From: a virus
Lineage: Duplodnaviria; Caudoviricetes
Strand: one strand, 5' to 3'
IMG/VR virus record: IMGVR_UViG_3300028844_002929
Location: 1-61,223 of that record
DNA length: 61,223 nucleotides
Positions 28,933 through 37,386 of this stretch are shown here, one piece after another. The position numbers and the translations under genes were made by a program. The number at the start of each line of letters is the position of its first letter. The stretch's first letter is position 1. The notes under the pieces are model-generated. The model ran no database searches and had not been told where the DNA came from. It saw nothing but the letters and a program-made list of their open reading frames with translations.

Positions 28933-29328
28933 TCACGCAATCGTGAACCCAGTGTTCTCGAGGATTGCATATCCACTAGTACCCGCCACCAAGAGCAGAG
29001 TGTCGCCAGCGTCAGCAGTTGCAGCAGTTTTACTAGTCCCCGCTAAATTAGGGTAGGTGATAGTAAAAGTACTTCCACCGTCCGTGCCGTGCGTAATCAA
29101 TAGAAGTTGACCGACGGTAACCTTCGGGTCTCCCTTCGCTCCAGTGCGCTCAATCTTAGCATTGTAAGCAGTAGGGGTGGGCAGGGAAGCTGCGTCAGCA
29201 CCAGCGCTGGACGTGATAATAATCTCAAAAGCTCCGTTAGGATCGAGCTCTTGTGTGGTTGTGGACACAGTGATAGCAGTGCTCTGTGTCGCTTTGGGCA
29301 TAATAACCCCAGTGAAAACTGTAGCCAT
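28933..29328 (-). CDS. Probable capsid decoration protein
   Basis: Thr/Ala/Gly-rich 131 aa directly after the capsid gene. Confidence 0.55.
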   Translation of the reverse strand: MATVFTGVIMPKATQSTAITVSTTTQELDPNGAFEIIITSSAGADAASLPTPTAYNAKIERTGAKGDPKVTVGQLLLITHGTDGGSTFTITYPNLAGTSKTAATADAGDTLLLVAGTSGYAILENTGFTIA

Positions 29329-29351
29329 AATCGTTTGTGATTATGAAGGTT

Positions 29352-29375
29352 GAGGGGACCCCGAAGGATCCCCTC
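29352..29375 (-). other. Stable stem-loop after major capsid gene
   Basis: GAGGGGATCC-TTCG-GGGTCCCCTC on - strand (cUUCGg loop); no U tail. Confidence 0.65.
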
Positions 29376-29388
29376 TTACTTCAGGTTA

Positions 29389-30819
29389 TTAGAGTCCCTT
29401 GATGATCACGTGCTTGTTAGCAGCACGGACACACAAAGCAACCTCAGAGCGGTAGTGGAACGTAGCCACGTCGCGACCTGCGTCACCGTTGTTGTTGTGT
29501 CCGAGGACGCCTCCACCAGTAATCCAGTGCTCCATCTCACGGCTGTAACCGTTAGCCTCCTTGTAGTACATGGCCAAAGACGGAGCGCTACCGCCCGTGC
29601 GTGGGTCAGTTACGTTCGCCAATGGGATGCATGCACCCTGAAGGTAGTTGGTCGCACCCAAGAGGGTAGGATCGTTCAGCAACTTCCAATCGTGCTTGTG
29701 GAATGTATACCCACCACGCGTGAAGCTCTTGAAGCCAAGCTTGACAGCCATATCAGCATCGTTGTTGAACGCACCGAACTGACCAGGAAGACCAGCAGTG
29801 ACACTCGTAGCGATACCTGACGCAAGCATGTCGTCGATAGCGAGGTCTTGCTTCCGATTCAAGTACATAGCGTACTCGGCAGGAGCGCCTTGCTTATCCA
29901 GCTCAAGGATGAGGTCGTCAAACTCTGCGAAGCTGTCCATCGGATTTCCGAAAGCTCCAGAGATTACGATACCGCGATCCTCAACAGCAGAGACATAGCC
30001 CTCGGAACCGAGACCCATGTCTTGATCAGCGTCGTATGCTGCAGTATTCCCTGCAGAACCGTCGTTACCAGTCTGTCCGAAGAGCATCATCATCTCACGG
30101 CGATCCTCGAAGCGCTTCCGTGCCTCTTGCTCACCGTACATAAACCAACGGTACTCGCCACCACCGACGTTTACCCAACCGATGTTCGTAGCCTGAGAAC
30201 CGTTCACTTGGTAGCGGTCCTTGACGATCATGAATGGGTTCTTACGCTTCACAGCGTCAGAGTCCGTGAAGTGAGCTGGCTGCTCCGTTCCCTGACCGTA
30301 CATGTTACCGAGGACGATAAACTCACGATCGGTAGAGTTGGCAGCACCTGCGGCTGCTCCATCCAAAGGCTGGATAGTAGCCTCCGTAGCATCGGTCTGA
30401 GACGCGTTGTTTACAACCGTCACAATATAACGGCGACCATCAGCGCTGTCCATCACCACATCGTTTGCACCGATCGGAATTCCGTTGGTGCCGTCTGCCG
30501 AAAAGTGCAGAACCTGAGTGTCAGGGCTCGTGCCAGCGGCGTCATCCGTGCTTGCAGTAAGCGTGCGGTGACGACGTCCAGCTTCCCACCAGTCAACTTG
30601 GTCAGAAGTACCGCCGCTCTTTACAGCGCCAGTAAGGTCGAGGAATCCAGTGATACCCTGATCGCCGTAGGTCTCTACGAGGTCGGGCATAACGAAATCC
30701 TTCGTCGTCTTGACGAGGGTGTCCAGAGTCGTGTAGGTCTCTGGTGTCAGACGCAAGTTTGACTGAGCATCGAATTCAGTTGAGCCCGACGTAGTCGAGG
30801 CTCCAGTAATAGTTGCCAT
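29389..30819 (-). CDS. Major capsid protein
   Basis: 476 aa after scaffold; YGDQGITGFL, W.E.GR, RFEDRREMMMLFG, LGFKSFTRGGYTF; strong codon bias. Confidence 0.85.
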   Translation of the reverse strand: MATITGASTTSGSTEFDAQSNLRLTPETYTTLDTLVKTTKDFVMPDLVETYGDQGITGFLDLTGAVKSGGTSDQVDWWEAGRRHRTLTASTDDAAGTSPDTQVLHFSADGTNGIPIGANDVVMDSADGRRYIVTVVNNASQTDATEATIQPLDGAAAGAANSTDREFIVLGNMYGQGTEQPAHFTDSDAVKRKNPFMIVKDRYQVNGSQATNIGWVNVGGGEYRWFMYGEQEARKRFEDRREMMMLFGQTGNDGSAGNTAAYDADQDMGLGSEGYVSAVEDRGIVISGAFGNPMDSFAEFDDLILELDKQGAPAEYAMYLNRKQDLAIDDMLASGIATSVTAGLPGQFGAFNNDADMAVKLGFKSFTRGGYTFHKHDWKLLNDPTLLGATNYLQGACIPLANVTDPRTGGSAPSLAMYYKEANGYSREMEHWITGGGVLGHNNNGDAGRDVATFHYRSEVALCVRAANKHVIIKGL

Positions 30820-30831
30820 ATTTTCTTGTTC

Positions 30832-32001
30832 TTAGATTTTGAAGGTCATGGTAGACCGATTTCTTTGAAGAATGTCCCTGACCTGTTCGCCCAGGGGATT
30901 CGAGTTCTGTGTCCCCGAAGTATCATCGGGGGATTTTGCTTGCACGTTCGCTGCATTCTGCACTACACCTCGTTGACCGTCACTCATGCCCTGCCGATAA
31001 GCAGACTGCACGATAGTGTCGATGTTGTCAATTACAGTGCGGTGAGAGGACAACATATCGTAGTCCCAGCTTCCGTCTTCATGGACATACGGATCAAAGA
31101 AGTTTTCGAGCTTAGCGTTTTTCTGCGCCAAGTGCTTCTTGTAATCAGCATCCATCCCGAAGGTGAATGTCTTGTCGTTACCGAGATCGAACTCGATACC
31201 TTCCATGGCGTCCAGGTTGTGAGCCATCTCCGAAACCCAGTTCTGATCAATCAGTGGCTCATCAGCCTGCTGAGGGACCTCTTTAGGTTTTGGGGTAGCG
31301 TAACCAGAACGCATACGATCGATACCTGATCGAGCAGTCTCGGCGTCCATCTTCAATTGAAGCTGAGCCATACGCTTCTGATCCTCCGTAGCGTCGGAAC
31401 TAAAAGCATACTTACTCTTAATGAGAAGTCCCAGTTCCTCGCCGTTCAGGTTTGGATGCTCTGACGCCATATGGACACGCACCGCCGTCATATCGTCCAT
31501 CTCGGACGGGTTCAACGACTGATACCTAAACCAATCTTGCGCAGACCTACCAGTGTCCTGCATAAACTTTGAGATAACCTGCAGCCCCTCATCGAGCTGT
31601 GGTTGCGATAAGTCATCGAATGACTGAACTTGCCTCCCCAGCTTCTCGCTGATATAGGACATTACAGCACCATCAACATCTTGTTGCGAAAACTGACCCT
31701 GCTGTGGTTCAGGCTGAAACCTTTGCTGCTCGGCGGGGTTGTTTTGGATAGCCTCTTCCTGAGGCGCGGGCTCGACATCCTGACCTTCTGTAGGCAATGC
31801 AGCCTCTCGCTGCATACTAGCCGCCAGGTCGGCAGGGTTGTCAAAGATCTCAAACGGAGCTTTCGTCTCTGGTGCAGGGGTTTCCTCAACCTGAGATTCT
31901 TGTACTGGTGCCGCTGATGGGGTTTCCTGTACTGTCTCCGTTTCCGCTTGTTGTGCGGGAGCCTGCTCGATGGCAGGCTCTTGTACTAATGCTTCTTCCA
32001 T
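30832..32001 (-). CDS. Probable scaffolding protein
   Basis: Acidic, low-complexity N-terminus and helical body; immediately upstream of the capsid gene. Confidence 0.7.
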   Translation of the reverse strand: MEEALVQEPAIEQAPAQQAETETVQETPSAAPVQESQVEETPAPETKAPFEIFDNPADLAASMQREAALPTEGQDVEPAPQEEAIQNNPAEQQRFQPEPQQGQFSQQDVDGAVMSYISEKLGRQVQSFDDLSQPQLDEGLQVISKFMQDTGRSAQDWFRYQSLNPSEMDDMTAVRVHMASEHPNLNGEELGLLIKSKYAFSSDATEDQKRMAQLQLKMDAETARSGIDRMRSGYATPKPKEVPQQADEPLIDQNWVSEMAHNLDAMEGIEFDLGNDKTFTFGMDADYKKHLAQKNAKLENFFDPYVHEDGSWDYDMLSSHRTVIDNIDTIVQSAYRQGMSDGQRGVVQNAANVQAKSPDDTSGTQNSNPLGEQVRDILQRNRSTMTFKI

Positions 32002-32010
32002 TTAATTTAA

Positions 32011-32400
32011 TTATTTCAGATACGCTATAATTTTATCGGATGCAGTACCTGTGATGCTATTGAAGTTTCCGTAGATGGTGTTGCCAGCCGTACACGGAAT
32101 GACGGTGTCTACCGTCGATACCCTTTCGTAGAACCCAGCATCTTTTCCCTCCGCCAAGTCATTAGCACTCCCATCGACAACCGCAGGGAATGCCGCGCCC
32201 GTATCAGGGTTGATGTACTTGACTACCTCCCCGACAGTTGCACTGTCAATGTCAACGTAAACACGGATGCCACTGCCTTTAACCGTGAGGTTTGCATCTG
32301 CTGCAGCCAAGACATGGATGGCAAAAAAATCCCCCGTGGCCGTCTGGGCTTCGTCGATCAGGACAAACTCTTTCGGAAGTGCGTTACTTGGATGTGCCAT
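32011..32400 (-). CDS. Small structural protein
   Basis: G.TIYG.F.SI.......IAY C-terminal motif. Confidence 0.6.
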   Translation of the reverse strand: MAHPSNALPKEFVLIDEAQTATGDFFAIHVLAAADANLTVKGSGIRVYVDIDSATVGEVVKYINPDTGAAFPAVVDGSANDLAEGKDAGFYERVSTVDTVIPCTAGNTIYGNFNSITGTASDKIIAYLK

Positions 32401-32807
32401 TAGCTAAGTCTTACTGCGGAGCTATCCAATCCGAATACTCCATAATCAATGAGCTGATCCACCTTAGTCCCGTAGGCCTTAAGGCTGGTATCGTTTTGAG
32501 CGGGAAAAAAAGCAAACTCACCAGCAGCAAGTTTCATGATGACGGGATCATCACTAGTGGTGTCCGCATAGATGTAGATGTAGTCCTCCTTCTCTGTAGC
32601 GAGATTCTGAATGAATACGTAGGCTACGTCAAGCTTGTCGCTGGGCTTATTAATTACCGTCGCGTCACTCCCTGCACTGGTACCCAGCACCTTACCTCGA
32701 ATCAAACTTCCTGAGTCTGCCAAAAGGTTTGTGGAAGCACTAAGTGACAAGGGTGAACTCATCACCCCTGGACTCTGAAGCGAGATGTTGGCCCGAATGT
32801 TTGCCAT
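32400..32807 (-). CDS. Small beta-rich structural protein (paralog family)
   Basis: YVFIQN...KLAAGEFAFFP. Confidence 0.65.
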   Translation of the reverse strand: MANIRANISLQSPGVMSSPLSLSASTNLLADSGSLIRGKVLGTSAGSDATVINKPSDKLDVAYVFIQNLATEKEDYIYIYADTTSDDPVIMKLAAGEFAFFPAQNDTSLKAYGTKVDQLIDYGVFGLDSSAVRLS

Positions 32808-33217
32808 TAGGCTTCGAAGATCAGGGCGTATTCAACCGTGAGCGTAGTGGATACACTAGGGGTGTAGAGAATATCCGCATTAGTGCCTGTAGTGTCAGCG
32901 CTCCAGGGGATGAACAACCAATCGCCAGAGTACAAGCGGCCCACTTCAGTACCTCCAATCTTGACAGTAAGAAACTCTGTTGCAACAGTAGAACAGTTCT
33001 TGATGTAGAACTTGTGCCCCTTGTCGTCACTATAGTCAGCAGCAGCAAACAGGGTTACGTCTGCAGTAGCCAAGGTTGTCTTCCGACCTAAACCAGTAGT
33101 CTGATCTAGACCTGTTGTTGTACCAGCCTTGGTCAAGGTAGCGGTGGTGGACAAAGCCAGTGCGTCACCAGTCAGGTCTGAACTTGAGAGAGTTACCGTT
33201 GCAGTTGTCGTAGGCAT
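32807..33217 (-). CDS. Small beta-rich structural protein (paralog family)
   Basis: FYIKN...RLYSGDWLFIPW. Confidence 0.65.
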   Translation of the reverse strand: MPTTTATVTLSSSDLTGDALALSTTATLTKAGTTTGLDQTTGLGRKTTLATADVTLFAAADYSDDKGHKFYIKNCSTVATEFLTVKIGGTEVGRLYSGDWLFIPWSADTTGTNADILYTPSVSTTLTVEYALIFEA

Positions 33218-33238
33218 CTTACTGTTAGTATTTACCTA

Positions 33239-33246
33239 CAAATATA
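33239..33246 (-). promoter_or_regulatory. -7 promoter element
   Basis: TATATTTG 21 nt before ATG 33217. Confidence 0.6.
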
Positions 33247-33255
33247 ATACTAAAT

Positions 33256-33516
33256 CTATTTGCTCTTTTTCTTCTTGATTACCCGAAACTTCTTTGTCTT
33301 CTTCGCAACCTTCTTTGGCTGGGCAACATGTTGCTTGCCCTTCTTATTGCCAGCAGCTTTCGCCTTATTTGTTGCTGCTTTCTCTGCAGCACTCAATGCC
33401 TTCCAAGCAGCGTCTGGCAAATAGCGCTTCTTACCCTTAGACTTACTGCCGTCTGAGGTACGCCATTTCTGTTTAGTCCAGGCTCGTAAGGACTCTTGTG
33501 ATGCCTTCCTTGCCAT
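33256..33516 (-). CDS. Basic protein, DUF5872-like C-half
   Basis: QESLRAWTKQKW.T, RYLP..AW..LS..EKAATN; ATG 33516 overlaps upstream TAA. Confidence 0.7.
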   Translation of the reverse strand: MARKASQESLRAWTKQKWRTSDGSKSKGKKRYLPDAAWKALSAAEKAATNKAKAAGNKKGKQHVAQPKKVAKKTKKFRVIKKKKSK

Positions 33517-33716
33517 TAGTCCCGATAACCTCCCCCTGCGGCTTTGTATTGCTGCGCCAACATCTGCGCCTTTCGAGCAGACCATTGACCTGGCTTGCCA
33601 CCTTTGGATCCTGCTTTGATCTTATTGAACAGCCGTTTACGCATACCAGGCTTGGTGTAGTTGCCAGCCTCATTGACACGCGACTTCGTCTTGCCACCTT
33701 TCTTCAAGACCTTCAT
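33516..33716 (-). CDS. Basic protein, DUF5872-like N-half
   Basis: YTKP.MR..L...GGKPGQWSARKAQMLA..YKAAGGGY. Confidence 0.75.
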   Translation of the reverse strand: MKVLKKGGKTKSRVNEAGNYTKPGMRKRLFNKIKAGSKGGKPGQWSARKAQMLAQQYKAAGGGYRD

Positions 33717-33898
33717 CCGTGAGATACCGTTTTAAACTTCGCTTTCTCTACAGCACCTGGGTGCGGCTTGTACCCACCCTTCATTAGGAAGTACCTACCG
33801 TTCTCTTGCATCCAGTGGTATCCAGACGGTGGGTCTACACTCACAGTCTTCTGGCTAATCTTAAGCTTACCGCCTTTGTTGTACTTGACGGTATTCAT
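33713..33898 (-). CDS. Small basic protein
   Basis: PP.GYHWM motif; N-terminal KYNKGG. Confidence 0.7.
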   Translation of the reverse strand: MNTVKYNKGGKLKISQKTVSVDPPSGYHWMQENGRYFLMKGGYKPHPGAVEKAKFKTVSHG

Positions 33899-34104
33899 TG
33901 CACCTGATTCTTGGCTAAGAGCATTTTGATCTCTTGGATCTCAGTCAACAGAGTGTCCACCTTGCCCTTAAAAGCGCTGTTATCCATCTCTAGAACCTTG
34001 ACTCTAGACTTGAGGGTGGTGAACTCAGACTGAAACTTCAGCCACATCCCAATCAATGCCCCCGCAATACTCAGTAATTCAAATTGTGTCAGATCCATTA
34101 CCAC
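33895..34104 (-). CDS. Small TM + coiled-coil protein
   Basis: Hydrophobic N-helix followed by heptads. Confidence 0.65.
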   Translation of the reverse strand: MVMDLTQFELLSIAGALIGMWLKFQSEFTTLKSRVKVLEMDNSAFKGKVDTLLTEIQEIKMLLAKNQVQ

Positions 34105-34376
34105 TTCACTTTATTAGCCCAGTATGCTGCGCTCATCTTACCCTTCTTAATGTTCCGTGCGTGACGCGCCTTAAATGAAGCACGCTGTTTCGCGTTCTGG
34201 TTTGTCTTGGCTCCCTGCTCTCCAAATCGAATAAGCTTCACCTTGTTCCCTTCCTTAGCCAACACGATGTGTGACTTCTTGGGGTGCTTAGGTGTACGCT
34301 TAGCTTTGTTTACACCTGACAACCCGTGCTTCTTGAGTAGGTTTTTTACTCTAGTTGATGTAGGACTACTCGCCAT
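34098..34376 (-). CDS. Conserved basic phage protein
   Basis: KLIRFG.QG, SFKARH, SAAYWA...W. Confidence 0.75.
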   Translation of the reverse strand: MASSPTSTRVKNLLKKHGLSGVNKAKRTPKHPKKSHIVLAKEGNKVKLIRFGEQGAKTNQNAKQRASFKARHARNIKKGKMSAAYWANKVKW

Positions 34377-34380
34377 TAAG

Positions 34381-34388
34381 CAAATATA
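34381..34388 (-). promoter_or_regulatory. -7 promoter element (leaderless geometry)
   Basis: TATATTTG 4 nt before ATG 34376. Confidence 0.65.
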
Positions 34389-34414
34389 AAATAAGAAACG
34401 ATGCGGTTAACCTT

Positions 34415-34687
34415 TCAATCCTCCCCAGAGAGAGTCGCTTCGTCCTCCTCATCTTTCCAAAAAGGTTTTTGAACCTCAACAAGTATATTGGTATAACTAT
34501 ACTGGCCAGATGCGCCTTGGATAGAAGAAATGCTCTGAGGCATTGCACCTTCATACTTGATTATGAATTTAGTTCCGTCAAGAGAATACCTCAGGTATTC
34601 AGAAGTCTCCAGAACCTCAGTGAAATCTACTAAGGCGATTTCAGACGATGGCACTATAACATAATTCCTGCCTTCTTCAATAACCAT
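34415..34687 (-). CDS. Small fibre-associated protein
   Basis: F..VLETS..LRYSLDGTK..IKY motif; follows LamG gene. Confidence 0.6.
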   Translation of the reverse strand: MVIEEGRNYVIVPSSEIALVDFTEVLETSEYLRYSLDGTKFIIKYEGAMPQSISSIQGASGQYSYTNILVEVQKPFWKDEEDEATLSGED

Positions 34688-35636
34688 ACCTAGCCTTTGT
34701 TGCGTTGAAGTTATTTAGCACTTCTGCGTCTGTAAGTATGTCATTATAGATTTGAATTTGAGATACATGCCCCTGCCTGAAGTTGCCCCTGTTCATACCG
34801 ACACCTCCGTGATACTTTGCAGATTGAGAGCTGGTGAATTTAGCCCGATACCCTACGCCTGAACCTGTTCCGCTTGCAGCAGCATAGCTACTAACCTCTA
34901 CCCCATTTACATACAACTTCGAGTCATTATTTATTTGAGTTGCAGTATCCCCATAAATAACAGCCGTAAAGAGTTGCCAAGAATCAAATGTAAATGAACT
35001 ATCTGCGCTTCTTCTCCATCTCCTATCCCTTGAGGCGTTTCCTCCGTTTCCGTCAAAAATAAAGCATATAATCGCCCCGTTTTGATTGGTGATTAACTCC
35101 ATACCCTGATAGTACTTATATCTACTGCTAGTTGCCTCTGAAGTTGTTACTGAAGTGTTATTACACCACATCATATTTACTTGACCAGTATTACACTTAG
35201 CCCAAATCTGAATAGTTATACCTCCGTCAGCAGCTAAATCTCCGTATGTCCTAGATATACCACTAGATCCTATAGCGTCAACCTCTCCTGAGTCCTCTCC
35301 GATCCTAATTGGCGCAGAATCATCATAATCAAATTTGATTGCATCGTCAACCCCATCAAATAAGAAAGATCCCCCTCCATCAGTAGAGCTATAGGTAGGT
35401 GCTCCCCTGAAGCTGCCATCTACATTATTTGATGTCAAGTCAACCCATGTGGTACCAGATCCAGAGTAACTATTGGAGTCTCCAGCGTCTAGGTGTTGGA
35501 CAAGGTTTGTTGTTATCAAGGTCGGAGCAGCAGCTAAAGACTGAGCGTTGACCTCTGCGATACTCCCCTTAGCTATCCCGTTAAAATCGGATATGTCTGC
35601 CAAAGGAACACTTGAGAACTTTGATAGCGTACCCAT
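34677..35636 (-). CDS. LamG/concanavalin-like fibre or receptor-binding protein
   Basis: HLDAG..NSYSGSGTTW.DL, FDGVDD, LT..EV..NFNA.K.RYG. Confidence 0.8.
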   Translation of the reverse strand: MGTLSKFSSVPLADISDFNGIAKGSIAEVNAQSLAAAPTLITTNLVQHLDAGDSNSYSGSGTTWVDLTSNNVDGSFRGAPTYSSTDGGGSFLFDGVDDAIKFDYDDSAPIRIGEDSGEVDAIGSSGISRTYGDLAADGGITIQIWAKCNTGQVNMMWCNNTSVTTSEATSSRYKYYQGMELITNQNGAIICFIFDGNGGNASRDRRWRRSADSSFTFDSWQLFTAVIYGDTATQINNDSKLYVNGVEVSSYAAASGTGSGVGYRAKFTSSQSAKYHGGVGMNRGNFRQGHVSQIQIYNDILTDAEVLNNFNATKARYGY

Positions 35637-36919
35637 TAAGACAACTCAATATAGTCTGGTGATGGATCAAGATAAATTAGCTGGGTACTCAGAGAATACC
35701 CCACTGCTCGGACATAGTCTCCTGTCGTGTGAGAAGACAAGTCATCGGTAAGTTGACCCGCAGTTAGACTGATATAGAGCGGCGCACCTACGGTAAAGCT
35801 GTTTGACAACGACCTTATCCCCCGCACAAGCAATCCATCTGTTGTTGGGCTAGTCCCTAGAGCCATACCAAACAACCCCTTGGTTTGTATCTCAACATCA
35901 GCATCGGCTTCCTCCCAAAGACCAGTACCGCTATTATCTCTTAATACATAGAACTTTGATGCAGTGAGAGTTCCTGTACCAAACTTAACTACATGACCCT
36001 CAAATGAAGCCGCTCCGTAGGCTGAGGATCGCGTGATTACCTCAAGATAAATACCGTCAAGCTCATTGCTAGATCCAGCAGCACCCGTTGGACCTGTAGG
36101 TCCCGTGACACCAGTCGCGCCATCGCTTCCGTTAGATCCATTAGAACCGTTCGAACCAGCCGCTCCCGCCGCACCCGTGGGACCCGTGGGACCTGTGGCA
36201 CCAGTTGCTCCATCAGAACCATTAGAACCGTTTGAACCATTGCTACCCGCTGCTCCTGCTGCTCCCGTTGGACCTGTAGGACCTGTAGCTCCAGTCGCTC
36301 CATCGCTACCATTACTACCATTAGATCCATTAGATCCTGCAGCACCCGCCGCACCAGTAGGGCCTGTAGGACCTGTCGGGCCTGCTGCACCGTCGCTACC
36401 ATTGGAGCCATTAGAACCATTAGAGCCTGCTGCGCCAGCCGCACCTGTCGGTCCAGTGGCTCCCGTAGGACCTGCCACTGTTGAGTCTGCCCCTCCTGCC
36501 CCTGCTGCTCCTGTCGGACCAGTAGCGCCTGTAGCGCCAACGGCACCATTTGAACCATTGCTGCCTGCTGCACCCGTAGGTCCTGTAGGACCTGCCACAG
36601 TAGAATCTGCACCAGCGGCACCCGTAGGGCCTGTAGCTCCTGTAGGACCTGTAGGGCCTGCCACTGTTGAATCAGCTCCTGTGAGTCCAGTGGCACCTGT
36701 GGGGCCTGTGGCACCAGTAGCACCAGTTGGGCCCGTTGCACCATCCTGACCTGCGGCTCCCGTGGAACCCGTGGGGCCTGTGGCTCCCTTCTCTCCTTTA
36801 CTACCCCTACCTGCTACTGTAACAGATGTATCAGAAGCATCCACGACGGATACCGAAGACGTAGTCGGTACACTAACGTTAATAGAAGTGCTACCCGTTA
36901 CCGTAATCTCCGTAGCCAT
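35636..36919 (-). CDS. Collagen-like fibre protein
   Basis: About 240 aa of Gly-X-Y repeats plus globular C-terminus (G.PLYIS..AG...RAVGY). Confidence 0.88.
   Translation of the reverse strand: MATEITVTGSTSINVSVPTTSSVSVVDASDTSVTVAGRGSKGEKGATGPTGSTGAAGQDGATGPTGATGATGPTGATGLTGADSTVAGPTGPTGATGPTGAAGADSTVAGPTGPTGAAGSNGSNGAVGATGATGPTGAAGAGGADSTVAGPTGATGPTGAAGAAGSNGSNGSNGSDGAAGPTGPTGPTGAAGAAGSNGSNGSNGSDGATGATGPTGPTGAAGAAGSNGSNGSNGSDGATGATGPTGPTGAAGAAGSNGSNGSNGSDGATGVTGPTGPTGAAGSSNELDGIYLEVITRSSAYGAASFEGHVVKFGTGTLTASKFYVLRDNSGTGLWEEADADVEIQTKGLFGMALGTSPTTDGLLVRGIRSLSNSFTVGAPLYISLTAGQLTDDLSSHTTGDYVRAVGYSLSTQLIYLDPSPDYIELS
36076..36800 (-). repeat. Collagen-coding tandem repeats
   Basis: [16 protein letters not shown] and 30-aa GSNGSN-containing units; synonymous positions diverged. 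Confidence 0.85.
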
Positions 36920-37386
36920 TAGATACTCTTTGAGACGTCCGAGTTGACTCTAAAGCTGCCCTCTAAAATTGTCTTCTGTGTAGTCCCTACATTGTACTGC
37001 AGGTCATATTTATATCGCCCTGAAGGCACCTTCCGCATATCTTGAGCGGAAAGAAAAACAGTCACGTTCCCGCTGTCATCTTTATTAATGAAGCTGAAAT
37101 TGACTAAGCCTTTAACGCCAGATTCTGAGCTACCAACGACAATACCGTCACTGATCACCGCATCGTCTGAATCCGCTTCTCCGCCACCACCACCAGGAAC
37201 TCTAAGTACTGTAGGACCAACAGTCTTAATGTTCTTTTTAACCTGCATCAGGAAAGTGTAGTCGTCAGTCACTAATGGTAATGCGGCACCCGCAGAATCT
37301 TTAAGTGTTAAGGTCAACTCAAAGGTGTCACCACCTCTACAAGTAATGTCTAGCCGCTCGGCTATGTCAAGATTTACTTTAGACAT
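36919..37386 (-). CDS. BppU-like fibre-attachment protein
   Basis: I...GDTF.L.L...G.Y.YDLQ.......LEGSF.V. Confidence 0.65.
   Translation of the reverse strand: MSKVNLDIAERLDITCRGGDTFELTLTLKDSAGAALPLVTDDYTFLMQVKKNIKTVGPTVLRVPGGGGGEADSDDAVISDGIVVGSSESGVKGLVNFSFINKDDSGNVTVFLSAQDMRKVPSGRYKYDLQYNVGTTQKTILEGSFRVNSDVSKSI

Noticed and set aside
29848-30762. 304-aa antisense ORF in the capsid gene
   Set aside because: Shadow ORF expected from strong codon bias; no motifs or promoter
36037-36749. Long alternative-frame and antisense ORFs in the collagen gene; CRISPR-like periodicity
   Set aside because: By-products of Gly-X-Y codon repeats; units vary at synonymous sites and have no spacers
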